In this document: positions 16,745 to 25,605 of the stretch, one piece after another
How the letters are laid out: every line of letters starts with the position of its first letter
Position numbering within the stretch: the first letter of the stretch is position 1
Virus record (IMG/VR): IMGVR_UViG_3300042868_005134
Location: 248,001-312,000 of that record
Length of the DNA: 64,000 nt
Strand: one strand, 5' to 3'
Notes under the pieces: generated by a model
The model's input: the letters and a program-made list of their open reading frames with translations, nothing else
Told to the model about the DNA's origin: nothing
Databases searched by the model: none
Made by a program: the position numbers and the translations under genes

Positions 16745-19400
16745 ATAATTTATTAAAAGTATTTGTCTGTTCGGTTGATCTGACGTCCCAATTAAGAACG
16801 CCAATTAAATTTGATAGTTTATTATCAATAATTGTATTTTCCATTTCTTCGTGATTAAAAGGTAAGTCTTTAAACCACTGTGGCAAACGCAATTCATCTA
16901 CGGGATAGGCTACACTGGTAAATCCTAGCGGATTATCTTTCAGTTTACAAACAATGACTTTGGCACCGTCTGTAATCCCCATTGAATATTTGTCTCCAAA
17001 CATTCGTTTTAGTGTATTCCAGTTAATACTTGCTCTGACATGCCCTGGCATATTTGCCTTGCCTGCTTTGGCTTCTTTGTTTTGATAGTCTGTAATGTTG
17101 TTGGCACGTTTGGGACTACCTTTCTCCCACCCTGGACGTACTTTAAAGTTGGTTCTAAAGTCAGTGATAAAATCTAATACATCACGTTCCGCTTCTCCAG
17201 TTAGAACTTTTTCCAATACATCGCTTAAGAAGTTTTGAATAAATTCAGGAGTATCACTGCGCTTGAGATCCAATCCCATGGCTTTGATTTTACCAGGCTT
17301 GTCATCTACGTCAAGGCGCTTGCCTTCTTTATCATAGTACAGCACAGCATAACGTTTCTTAGTAATGAACAAACCTTTACTAGCAACAAGCTCACGACCT
17401 GCTTTGATAACTTCCCCACGACTTTTAGGACAATGAAACGAGTCCTGCATAAACTTGGGAAATGTATTGTTAACCTCATTGCTCACTTGGTCATACAACT
17501 GTATTACAGTTTCTTTTGACCACGGGATTTGACCCGAGTCGATATCTTTCTTAAGCGTCTTATAAGCACTAAAATAACAACTATCAGTATCACCGTATAT
17601 AATAGCTTTTCCACGATAATCAAACTCCCCAGTAATAATCTCATTAACTTTGCCAGCCATGTGCTTAACAATCTGACGACCTGTCAATGTAGTGCTTTGT
17701 CCAATACGTTTGTCATAGAATCGACAATGCGGATTAAGAATAGCACCGTACAAACTGTTCAGGTTAATCTTCTTGACCAGCTGACGTTTATCCCAATATT
17801 CTTCTTCTACCTTATTAGCTGCCTTAATAGCATCTTTAAGTTTGGCCTGCATGTCTTTACGTTCACTATACCAACGCTTTAGCAAGCCTGGAATAATACC
17901 TTCTTTTTCATAAGTGAAGATTGTACCATTGGCACTGATCAACAAACTGGCATTGCTTTCAAAAATCATCTTGTACACTTCTGCCGCACTCAGTAACTCA
18001 CTGCGACCATCTTCCCAGTCCACAGTAATTTCTGTGCCAATTTCTTTATTCATAATGGCAGTATATTCTACACTACCAAACATACCTTCCCATGCTGCCG
18101 CAAAGCTCTTGCCTTTGTTTACAAGATTATCAATATACTCCTGTGTTTTTTCTTGCCGCAGTTGACCCACAATAGTTTCGGGCCCCATGTTCAATGCTCT
18201 AATAGCACTGGGATACAGACTGTTAATGTCCAAGGAGCCAATCCATTCGTGTATGCCTTCTTTGGGATAGGCAACATAGGCTCCAGCGGCACCTTCATTT
18301 TCTTCATTGTCATTTCTGCGTATCTTGTTGGGCACTTGAAAGCCACGACGATGTGCTTCGTTAATAATGGCCTGTTCAGTTACAGCCACAGCACCCATAG
18401 TTGTTTGGATCAACACAGTACATTCGTGTGCCAATGTATTAGCAAGATCCAAGAACTTTAACTTCTTATCTAGTTTATCCAACAAGGCAGTATCCTGTCT
18501 GTTGTAAACAACAAACTTACGGAAGTCATTATTGTATAGTTGATCCAGGGTGCCTTCGTAGACAGTTTTAGTTTCGCCAATTTCCATCTCACCAATAGCA
18601 TCTAGTCGATAAGTGTGGCGTTCTTCATATGTGTATTTGCGGTACAGTTCAAGACTGTCCAAGTGTACACGACCAATTAGGTCATATGTTGTGGCGGTTT
18701 TACCATACTTTTCAAATTCACGTTTCTTGGGATATTGATCCCATAGACACATTCTGCGTGTGTCATCTTTACTGAGCACTTTAGTAATACGATTGACAGT
18801 GTAGGGCATATCAAAGCCTTCGCTGTTCCAACCGCTGAGAACATCAGCATCTTGTATTAGATTTAAGAATGTGTCTAGTAAATCTGCTTCGTTGTCAAAG
18901 ATATGTGTGTTTGGTAAATCTTTAACAAGTTCTTCGCCTTGAGCTACAGTCATGCCTTTTGGAGGCATAGCAAGACATACCAGTGTATCTAACCACTGTA
19001 AGTGAACAGCAATCGCAGTAATTGGCATGAACGCATCGTCTGGACTTGCGTAGCCGCGTTCCGGATCAAAGTCCACTTCAATGTCCCAGAAAGCGACATT
19101 TAGCTTGGGTGCGTCTTGATTTATGTAATTTTCACTTAGACATGCCACGACGGGATTGATATCCGCTTCGTAGAGTTTCTTTCCATTGTTTATTTTTAAC
19201 TCTTTATGGAAATCTTTAGAGTTTCTACAGACAATGCGACTTAGTGGATCACCGTAAATTGATTGAAATTTACCACGGGAATCTTCGTAATAGAAAGTAT
19301 AACGTACAGGGAATTCTTTGAACTCTCTGTTACCGTCTTTGTTTCTTTCTACCACTCGCACAATGTCAGCATTTCTATCAAAGTATGCGTCAACGTACAA
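16734..19400 (-). CDS. family B DNA polymerase (gp43-like), TTG start
   Basis: Exo WDIE, WNSEGFD, YNRQD; Pol SLDINSLYPS, KINLNSLYG, YGDTDS; AGGAG-7nt-TTG at 19400. Confidence 0.95.
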   Translation of the reverse strand: MYVDAYFDRNADIVRVVERNKDGNREFKEFPVRYTFYYEDSRGKFQSIYGDPLSRIVCRNSKDFHKELKINNGKKLYEADINPVVACLSENYINQDAPKLNVAFWDIEVDFDPERGYASPDDAFMPITAIAVHLQWLDTLVCLAMPPKGMTVAQGEELVKDLPNTHIFDNEADLLDTFLNLIQDADVLSGWNSEGFDMPYTVNRITKVLSKDDTRRMCLWDQYPKKREFEKYGKTATTYDLIGRVHLDSLELYRKYTYEERHTYRLDAIGEMEIGETKTVYEGTLDQLYNNDFRKFVVYNRQDTALLDKLDKKLKFLDLANTLAHECTVLIQTTMGAVAVTEQAIINEAHRRGFQVPNKIRRNDNEENEGAAGAYVAYPKEGIHEWIGSLDINSLYPSAIRALNMGPETIVGQLRQEKTQEYIDNLVNKGKSFAAAWEGMFGSVEYTAIMNKEIGTEITVDWEDGRSELLSAAEVYKMIFESNASLLISANGTIFTYEKEGIIPGLLKRWYSERKDMQAKLKDAIKAANKVEEEYWDKRQLVKKINLNSLYGAILNPHCRFYDKRIGQSTTLTGRQIVKHMAGKVNEIITGEFDYRGKAIIYGDTDSCYFSAYKTLKKDIDSGQIPWSKETVIQLYDQVSNEVNNTFPKFMQDSFHCPKSRGEVIKAGRELVASKGLFITKKRYAVLYYDKEGKRLDVDDKPGKIKAMGLDLKRSDTPEFIQNFLSDVLEKVLTGEAERDVLDFITDFRTNFKVRPGWEKGSPKRANNITDYQNKEAKAGKANMPGHVRASINWNTLKRMFGDKYSMGITDGAKVIVCKLKDNPLGFTSVAYPVDELRLPQWFKDLPFNHEEMENTIIDNKLSNLIGVLNWDVRSTEQTNTFNKLFDF

Positions 19401-19413
19401 ATTTTTTCTCCTA

Positions 19414-19459
19414 TGCGATTTAAGGCTCGCAAATACCAACGGATCAGTTATGGCTGATC
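19414..19459 (-). promoter_or_regulatory. two hairpins in polymerase leader (candidate translational operator)
   Basis: UGCGA-GCCUUAAA-UCGCA (19414-19431) abutting SD; GAUCAG-6nt-CUGAUC (19442-19459). Confidence 0.5.
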
Positions 19460-19470
19460 AAACCCTTCTC

Positions 19471-19758
19471 TTACATATTTATAAGTCTAATATAGCCCAC
19501 TATGTCAATAGTGACTAACAGTATATAGTTGGCAACCATGCCTGTACTCTTGCGAGTCCAAGCGGCCCATCCAAAGATAGCACATTGTACAATGAATATT
19601 GGGTATAGATAAAAGAACAGTGGATCGGTTGCCCCGGCTGCTAGCGTTAGCGAACACCCGAGGCTCATAAACCATGCTGTGATTTCCAATGTAAATCGGG
19701 TGGGCCATTCTCTGTAGTCTCGCCTTGCCCAATTAAAAATGCCTTTTAAAAAATCCAT
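19471..19758 (-). CDS. small 3-TM membrane protein
   Basis: three hydrophobic segments in 95 aa. Confidence 0.7.
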   Translation of the reverse strand: MDFLKGIFNWARRDYREWPTRFTLEITAWFMSLGCSLTLAAGATDPLFFYLYPIFIVQCAIFGWAAWTRKSTGMVANYILLVTIDIVGYIRLINM

Positions 19759-20024
19759 TAATCTTTCGGCAAGCGTCCAGTTACACCAAGAATCATTTCA
19801 ATTTCGTTCCAATCATTTTCATGATCTCGCCAATTGTCTTTGTGAGCAATGGTTATGGCTTTGTTAATAATGCTGGGTTTTACATCAAGTTCTTCTGCTA
19901 CTGCTTTAACAGTTTCTTTTAAACCTTCTTTGAGATCTTCAATTTCTCTCAAAACAGTCGAACCTTCGTTAATCAAACGTTCTAATTTGGCTTTTTCCTC
20001 AGGTCCATACATGCGTGTTGACAT
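19758..20024 (-). CDS. DsbA/GapR-like small dsDNA-binding protein
   Basis: helical LERLINE...EIEDLKEGLKETVKAVAEELDVKPSIINKAI pattern; family call tentative. Confidence 0.5.
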   Translation of the reverse strand: MSTRMYGPEEKAKLERLINEGSTVLREIEDLKEGLKETVKAVAEELDVKPSIINKAITIAHKDNWRDHENDWNEIEMILGVTGRLPKD

Positions 20025-20044
20025 TTAACTCTCCTTAAAATGTA

Positions 20045-20073
20045 ATTATACAGTAGTTATCGTTGTAAGTCAA
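20045..20073 (-). promoter_or_regulatory. sigma70 promoter TTGACT-17-TATAAT driving the polymerase operon
   Basis: -35 20068-20073, -10 20045-20050. Confidence 0.85.
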
Positions 20074-20103
20074 CAACACCAAAATTAATATTGTTCAAAC
20101 ACA

Positions 20104-20132
20104 TTGACTGTCTAGCTCGAAAATAGTATAAT
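20104..20132 (+). promoter_or_regulatory. sigma70 promoter TTGACT-17-TATAAT (divergent), 6 nt before ATG
   Basis: -35 20104-20109, -10 20127-20132. Confidence 0.85.
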
Positions 20133-20138
20133 AACGCT

Positions 20139-20465
20139 ATGAAGAAACTTTTATTACTGTCAATGTTTGCCGCTCAATTGGCCAGTGCTCAGACTTTTCA
20201 CGATTGGGATAACCCCAGTAAAAAGTTTGACCTTGGTAATACTACTAAATCATTTAACATCACTGTTAAGTCGACAGATGATGTACAAAAGATATGCGAA
20301 GCAGAAAGTAAGAATAGAGGCCACGGCGGCTTTGGGTTTCAAGTAAACAGTTGTGCCTTTTGGAACACTGAACAAACTGAGTGTACTATCGTAACACCCA
20401 AACGATCCAGCATGCACTTGCTAGGACACGAATTGCTACATTGCCTAAAAGGTAACTGGCATTAA
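20139..20465 (+). CDS. secreted small HExxH protein (putative zinc peptidase)
   Basis: signal peptide MKKLLLLSMFAAQLASA; LGHELLHC. Confidence 0.75.
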   Translation: MKKLLLLSMFAAQLASAQTFHDWDNPSKKFDLGNTTKSFNITVKSTDDVQKICEAESKNRGHGGFGFQVNSCAFWNTEQTECTIVTPKRSSMHLLGHELLHCLKGNWH

Positions 20466-20466
20466 A

Positions 20467-20486
20467 AAAGCGCCTTGCGGCGCTTT
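20467..20486. terminator. intrinsic terminator between convergent genes
   Basis: AAAGCGCC-TTGC-GGCGCTTT; GCAA loop and U6 tail on minus strand. Confidence 0.85.
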
Positions 20487-20487
20487 A

Positions 20488-22908
20488 TTAGAATCGGAAA
20501 GCTGATCTAATTCGTTTAAGAATTTCGTCGTCTTCGGATTTAACATCTTCGAAAGTTGACCTATCAACATTGGGAGCACCTGCTGAAATTGGACCTGAAG
20601 ATGGCCTTGTTCTGCTCCTATCTCTGGCATCGCCTTGAGCTTTAATTAATGCCGCAGCCGCTTCTGGATATGCTGGATCCCCAGGGTTTACGACCTTACC
20701 ATTGAATGTGATAGGACCATCTGGTTTGCCCATTCGTAAAGTACCATCTACAGATTGTTTAGATTGAGTACTTGTACTTGTGTTTGTACTTGTTCCGCTT
20801 GTACTTGCGGGTACGCCAGCTGCCGGACTTGCTGCCTGATTGCTAGTACTAGCTGCAGCCACTTTATCTAATCCTTTTAACGCACTTTCTAATCGTGTTT
20901 TTAGTTCAGGAGGTAACTGAGCCATCATGTCAGTATTTTTCTGATATTGTAATATTACAGCCATGTGCTTCTTGATAAGTTCTTGATCAGCAGGATCCAT
21001 CGAAGGAAGTTCATCGTCCTTGAATGTATCATACAAAGCCTTGCCCACATCGTATGCGGTCCATGCTGCCATGCCTGCTCCTACTATCAGTGCCGCAGGC
21101 CCAGCCAACGCAGAGGCTCCAGCCCGCGCCGCAATTTTCCTGCCAATACCCGAGGCCCCGCCCAGCTTGCTGGTAAACTTAGCTAACTTACCTGGTGCAG
21201 TAGGCGACCCAGATCGGCCTCCTAGTCCAAAAGGATCATTGGCGCGACTAAGAGCAGGATTAGGGTTTCGAGCCATTGCCATTCTAGCTTGTGTGCCAGC
21301 ATCACGTACTCGACCGCCTGAATTGGGCGGCACATATATGTCTGCTTCAACTAGTAGACTCCAAATCTCCATTTGTTCTTGTAATGTAAAATTAGAAATA
21401 TTTTCTAGAACTAGCGCATCGTCAGGATGTATACTTTCTGATTTGATTTTATTTTTTGCGAGAATGGCTTCGATTGCCTTGATTGAATTTTCTAATTCTG
21501 TAGTATTAGTTGTGTTTACTTTAGATCCTGCGCTTTGACCTGCACCAGCTGTAGGTTTTGCTCCACCCACTGGATTACCAGTCTTAGGATCATACCCTAA
21601 CGCAGTCATTCTTTTAACAAACTCTGGGTTTCCTAAACTTACTGTACCGGGGCCTTGACCCGGCTTAACATTATAGGCATAAGCCAATCCTGCAATGTTT
21701 GCGTACTCGTCTGTACTAACCTTGCCGCTTAAACTTCTAATAGCCGCTGTAGTTAATGGACCGTCTTTTCCATCTAAATCTAACTTTTGTCCGTGTTTTG
21801 TATTTAGGTAGTGCTGTATAGCTTTAGTTCCAGGATTGGCCGGTCCTACTTTACCTGCTGCAGGACTTGCGGATTGTCCACCTGGTTTTGTAGTACTCCC
21901 TGCTGCGTTAGCAGACATGGCTTTACCTAGTTCAGCATCGGTACGATCTACATTATCACCGTATTCTTTTTCTCGAGCCGCCTGTGCGTTAGCAGACATG
22001 GCTTTACCTAGTTCAGCATCGGTACGATCTACATTATCACCGTATTCTTTTTCTCGAGCCGCCTGTGCGTTAGCAGACATGGCTTTACCCAGTTCAGCGT
22101 CATCTCTATCTGCTTGATTAGGATCAACTTTTTGACCAGTTGGCGCTGCCAGTTTATCCACGGCCTTTTGTGCGGCACCTAATGCTTGTATAACAGCTGG
22201 ATCATCTATATCTGCCAGTTCTGCCATTAACGATTTAATTTCAGCAACTTCACTTTGATACTTACCCGCTGTTACACCTGTTGCTGGATTTCTAACAGGT
22301 TCGCCTGTGCCCAGTGTCACTTTTTCGTACAACTCATAGCTAAAACTTTCAACTAGTGTACGGGATATAGATCCGTCGAATGAAATAGACTCCATAGTGC
22401 TGCCACTAATCTTGGCCACTAGGTCATTTAATCTTTTTAATCTAGGAGCAACAAACGCATCACTGCTTTGTTTACCCTGTACATTGGCACTTTGTTGTTT
22501 TACAGCACTTGATGCTTTGTCGTTGGCAGCTTGCGAATCTTTGTCTAGGCCAAATTTACCTGTACCTATTAAGCCACCTAGTGCTGAAGTCTTTGCTGTA
22601 CCTGGTACTAATCCTAGTTTTGCCAATGATTGTGTATCAGCTTCTCTTGCTGTTGCGGAAATGTCATAGTTACTCTGCCCACGATCGCCCGATGGCATAC
22701 TCTGTTTTCTAACAAAGTATCCGCTTACAGGATCATACAGACCGGGCAGGTTTTCCTTCCATGCTAGGTCGTTTAAAATACCAGCACGTTTTTGTTCGTC
22801 TTTTTCTTGGCCAACAGCAGCCTGTATGTCTTTCATAGTTATGGCTTCATTTAAAATCTGTCTAGATTCAATCTTGTCCATTCTAGCTATAAGTGCTTTC
22901 AAGTCCAT
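20488..22908 (-). CDS. large low-complexity probable virion/ejection protein with peptidoglycan-binding-like domain and 27-aa repeat
   Basis: AIQHYLN...LDGKDGPLTTAAI (PG-binding-like); hydrophobic GAxLAGPAALIVGAG stretch; many hydrophobic-x-E sites. Confidence 0.7.
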   Translation of the reverse strand: MDLKALIARMDKIESRQILNEAITMKDIQAAVGQEKDEQKRAGILNDLAWKENLPGLYDPVSGYFVRKQSMPSGDRGQSNYDISATAREADTQSLAKLGLVPGTAKTSALGGLIGTGKFGLDKDSQAANDKASSAVKQQSANVQGKQSSDAFVAPRLKRLNDLVAKISGSTMESISFDGSISRTLVESFSYELYEKVTLGTGEPVRNPATGVTAGKYQSEVAEIKSLMAELADIDDPAVIQALGAAQKAVDKLAAPTGQKVDPNQADRDDAELGKAMSANAQAAREKEYGDNVDRTDAELGKAMSANAQAAREKEYGDNVDRTDAELGKAMSANAAGSTTKPGGQSASPAAGKVGPANPGTKAIQHYLNTKHGQKLDLDGKDGPLTTAAIRSLSGKVSTDEYANIAGLAYAYNVKPGQGPGTVSLGNPEFVKRMTALGYDPKTGNPVGGAKPTAGAGQSAGSKVNTTNTTELENSIKAIEAILAKNKIKSESIHPDDALVLENISNFTLQEQMEIWSLLVEADIYVPPNSGGRVRDAGTQARMAMARNPNPALSRANDPFGLGGRSGSPTAPGKLAKFTSKLGGASGIGRKIAARAGASALAGPAALIVGAGMAAWTAYDVGKALYDTFKDDELPSMDPADQELIKKHMAVILQYQKNTDMMAQLPPELKTRLESALKGLDKVAAASTSNQAASPAAGVPASTSGTSTNTSTSTQSKQSVDGTLRMGKPDGPITFNGKVVNPGDPAYPEAAAALIKAQGDARDRSRTRPSSGPISAGAPNVDRSTFEDVKSEDDEILKRIRSAFRF
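21904..22098 (-). repeat. 81-bp in-frame tandem repeat, about 2.4 copies
   Basis: tgcgttagcagacatggc starts at 21904, 21985, 22066; encodes DRTDAELGKAMSANAQAAREKEYGDNV. Confidence 0.9.
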
Positions 22909-22930
22909 ATCAATTCCTAATAATATACAT

Positions 22931-23026
22931 GCTCACTTCTAGTGTGCCTTCCGGGGCACGACTCCCAAACACTCTAGGGCAGCAGCCGCCCCACACCAGT
23001 AACGCATAACGTCCTAAGGTAGTGTG
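22931..23026 (-). ncRNA. candidate structured RNA element (unassigned)
   Basis: 96-nt intergenic stretch, 56/96 GC, three consecutive stems, ends about 22 nt before ATG 22908. Confidence 0.45.
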
Positions 23027-23452
23027 TTACTTGGGCACACAGTTTGGAACTGTCTTGCCACCTTTTTTCTTTGTACCTACAGGCTTGTAGCCTTTCCAAC
23101 AAGGATTGTCCTTGGGATCTTTTAATCCTTCGATTACCTTGCTTGCTAATTTTGTTGCTTTCTGTTTAGTTCGATCCGCACTTTCGGCAAATTCTTGCTC
23201 AACAGTTTTAAAATACTTACCAATCATGCTGGGCTTTGCGCCCACTGCCACATTCAATACTGGACTAGTAACAGTTTCTCTTGCTACTGGTTTGCTATGA
23301 TACACAGCAATACTTTCTGCTTGCGTCAATCGATTTGAAGGGCCTTGCCCTTCTTTAATTACAGATACAAAACGTTTCATATCGTTAACGCCAACTACCG
23401 CAGGTTTTGAATCCACGCGGTCCAGCGTTTGTAGAATTTTCTTCATGTCCAT
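23027..23452 (-). CDS. probable head-internal protein
   Basis: C-terminal PCWKGYKPVGTKKKGGKTVPNCVPK module; IKE/G, FAE/S, VIE/G sites. Confidence 0.6.
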   Translation of the reverse strand: MDMKKILQTLDRVDSKPAVVGVNDMKRFVSVIKEGQGPSNRLTQAESIAVYHSKPVARETVTSPVLNVAVGAKPSMIGKYFKTVEQEFAESADRTKQKATKLASKVIEGLKDPKDNPCWKGYKPVGTKKKGGKTVPNCVPK

Positions 23453-23460
23453 GATACTAA

Positions 23461-24705
23461 TTAACGTTTAATGCCTGCGGCAGTAAGTGCATCGGCTCTA
23501 TCTTTATAACCTTTAACACCTGGCTTAATATCTTTAGCTGACTTGCCAATAGCAGCTTTTACTTTAGGGGAAGCATCGCTTGCGTTAACATGCTTCATCG
23601 TAGTTTTTTCTTGATGACTGGCTTCATACATACTGCCACATTCTTTCATACCATGTATTGGACAGCTTTTGCCTCTAGCAGTGTGATTACATTTGCCTTC
23701 GCCAAGTGCCGCACTTGCTCCTGCTTTCTTTAGATCTTGCGGTGTGGCTCTCATACCGGGAACAGTAGTTTTAGCAGTAGCAGCAATACCAGATCGCTGT
23801 GGCGCACCACTTATTGCGGTTTCTTTAACTTTAGCAAATGGATTTTTCTTTTTGTCAGCAATAGCCTTCTTCATTGGCTCTTTCTTGTTGCCGTCTTTAT
23901 CCATATCTAAGAAGTCTGGCTTCTTGCCTTCTTTAAATGTTGGATTGGTTGGCCCTGGAGTTTTAGCACTCCAACGCTTGCCTTTGTGTGGACCCGAAGT
24001 TACAACAGGATACTGACCGTCTTTGCCTTTTGGTGGAGGAGCACTAGCACCATCTGGATTCATAGGAGCCATCGATTCTTTTACTTCTTTATCTCTGTTG
24101 TCAAATTTCTCGCTGTCTTTCATGCCCCATGTTTTGGCACTCTTTGGACTTTGCTTTAGTTTTGGAGACTGTGATTTCTTCTCAGCGGCTGATTGTCCTT
24201 TAGCATGGCTTGCTTTGCCTTTGCCTGATTTCTGTTCAGATTCGCCGTCATCTTTGTAACTGGTATTAGTGTGCTTAACACCTGTTGATGTTTTTTCTAG
24301 TTCACCAGTGCGAGTCTTTTTCTTATCGCCTACTTTAGCTTTGTCATCGAAAGTTTCGTCTAAATCTTTTTGATTTTTTTCTTTTAACTTTTCTAACTTA
24401 ACTTTAGCTTCGGTTAGTTTCTTTTTGAATTCTTTGCGTACAGCTTCGGTGTACATGTCAGAATTTTCAATTTTGCTACCGTACTCACTAAACTTCATTT
24501 CGTATTCTAAATAGTGAAAAACGCTGGCAACATAATCAGCTGCTTTAGTAATTTTAGCTTGTACCCAACCTTCAAGTTGGTCACCATCTTGGATCATTTT
24601 AAATAGCTTGAAGCTATAGTTGGCTGTCTTGTAAAGATCGGCCCTGGCCATTGCGGCTTCTTGATCATCTGGATGAGGGTGATTCATCATATTCATTCCT
24701 GGCAT
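23461..24705 (-). CDS. K/E-rich probable prohead core/internal protein
   Basis: low complexity; KPDFLDMDKDGNKKEPMKKA and CNHTARGKSCPIHGMKEC modules separated by xxE sites; late promoter upstream. Confidence 0.6.
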   Translation of the reverse strand: MPGMNMMNHPHPDDQEAAMARADLYKTANYSFKLFKMIQDGDQLEGWVQAKITKAADYVASVFHYLEYEMKFSEYGSKIENSDMYTEAVRKEFKKKLTEAKVKLEKLKEKNQKDLDETFDDKAKVGDKKKTRTGELEKTSTGVKHTNTSYKDDGESEQKSGKGKASHAKGQSAAEKKSQSPKLKQSPKSAKTWGMKDSEKFDNRDKEVKESMAPMNPDGASAPPPKGKDGQYPVVTSGPHKGKRWSAKTPGPTNPTFKEGKKPDFLDMDKDGNKKEPMKKAIADKKKNPFAKVKETAISGAPQRSGIAATAKTTVPGMRATPQDLKKAGASAALGEGKCNHTARGKSCPIHGMKECGSMYEASHQEKTTMKHVNASDASPKVKAAIGKSAKDIKPGVKGYKDRADALTAAGIKR

Positions 24706-24728
24706 AGTAGTAAACTCCGTTGTTCTAA

Positions 24729-24735
24729 TATTTAT
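24729..24735 (-). promoter_or_regulatory. putative late promoter ATAAATA
   Basis: 23 nt before ATG 24705. Confidence 0.55.
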
Positions 24736-24971
24736 CGTTTTATTGCAGGTCCGCCGAACAAACTAACTCCTGTAGCCTTGTTGGGATCAACTGCTTTTAC
24801 CTTGGGTTGCGGCGGTGCTTTTGTGCCGCTTTTTCCAGGGCTTCCTATATAGCTTCTTTTACCCCGGGCTGGACCTGGACTAATGTGTGGATTTACCACT
24901 GTGCCTATGTTAGCAGTACTTGTAGCACCTGCTGTAGCACTTTCTTTCATGGTTATTTCACGTATTTTCAT
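24732..24971 (-). CDS. small basic probable internal protein
   Basis: MKIREITMKE/SA leader. Confidence 0.65.
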   Translation of the reverse strand: MKIREITMKESATAGATSTANIGTVVNPHISPGPARGKRSYIGSPGKSGTKAPPQPKVKAVDPNKATGVSLFGGPAIKR

Positions 24972-24972
24972 A

Positions 24973-25605
24973 TCAAGACTCGAATAAATCCAATGCTATA
25001 TTCCAATGCGCCACACGATCTTCTAGACCAATAGTTCCACCGTTAATACGTTTACTTAACAACACAATGTCACCCTTGTCACAAATAGCGTTAAGTCCAT
25101 TCTTGTGCCAAAACCAGCAGGCACTCAGTGTGGCATAAGCTGGTTGTCTTAGCAAATCTGGATTTTCTATTAGACAATCGTCGCCAAACAACTCTCTGCT
25201 ACAACGTGTATAGTTATCACGCCCTGTGATTTGTAGTATGCCACGTCCTCTAAACTTCCAACCATCACCACTTTGTTCGTTTCCGTTGGCCATACGACTA
25301 GCATATATACGATTGGCAATCATTTCAGGTTTGCGTTCATATTGTGCTGCCAGAGCATCTGTTGGAAAGTACTTGCCAAATAAACCACGTAGTCCCTTGG
25401 CACTGTAGTTTAAGTTTTCCTGTAGCACAGTGAAGTCTAAACTTTCGTGTTGACATTGTGCGATGAATCCTGCCACGCGAGCAGGTGTTGTAATTTCAAA
25501 TGCTGGAAAGTGTTCAGCAAATGCTTCATACCACATTTGTGGATTTTTATTTTTATGTATACACTCAGCTAATTTTTCTGGTGTAAATTCAAATTCAAAA
25601 CTCAT
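24973..25605 (-). CDS. glycoside hydrolase family 19 endolysin
   Basis: FIAQCQHES, ENLNYS, GRGILQITGRDNY, RINGGTIGLEDR; start trimmed to MSFEF. Confidence 0.9.
   Translation of the reverse strand: MSFEFEFTPEKLAECIHKNKNPQMWYEAFAEHFPAFEITTPARVAGFIAQCQHESLDFTVLQENLNYSAKGLRGLFGKYFPTDALAAQYERKPEMIANRIYASRMANGNEQSGDGWKFRGRGILQITGRDNYTRCSRELFGDDCLIENPDLLRQPAYATLSACWFWHKNGLNAICDKGDIVLLSKRINGGTIGLEDRVAHWNIALDLFES

Noticed and set aside
16734-19400. Intein or intron in the polymerase
   Set aside because: Continuous 888-aa ORF with normal motif spacing and no splicing motifs.
9588-19439. Track start positions for GT (10901), ugd (7215), MDR (12997) and polymerase (19439)
   Set aside because: They overlap upstream genes extensively; downstream starts with SD or stop/start coupling fit better.
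21904-22098. 81-bp repeats as a CRISPR array
   Set aside because: Units are contiguous with no unique spacers, are in frame within a CDS, and there are no cas genes.
22931-23026. tRNA or simple terminator
   Set aside because: No cloverleaf, no TTCRA T-loop, no CCA end and no U-tract; kept only as an unassigned structured element.
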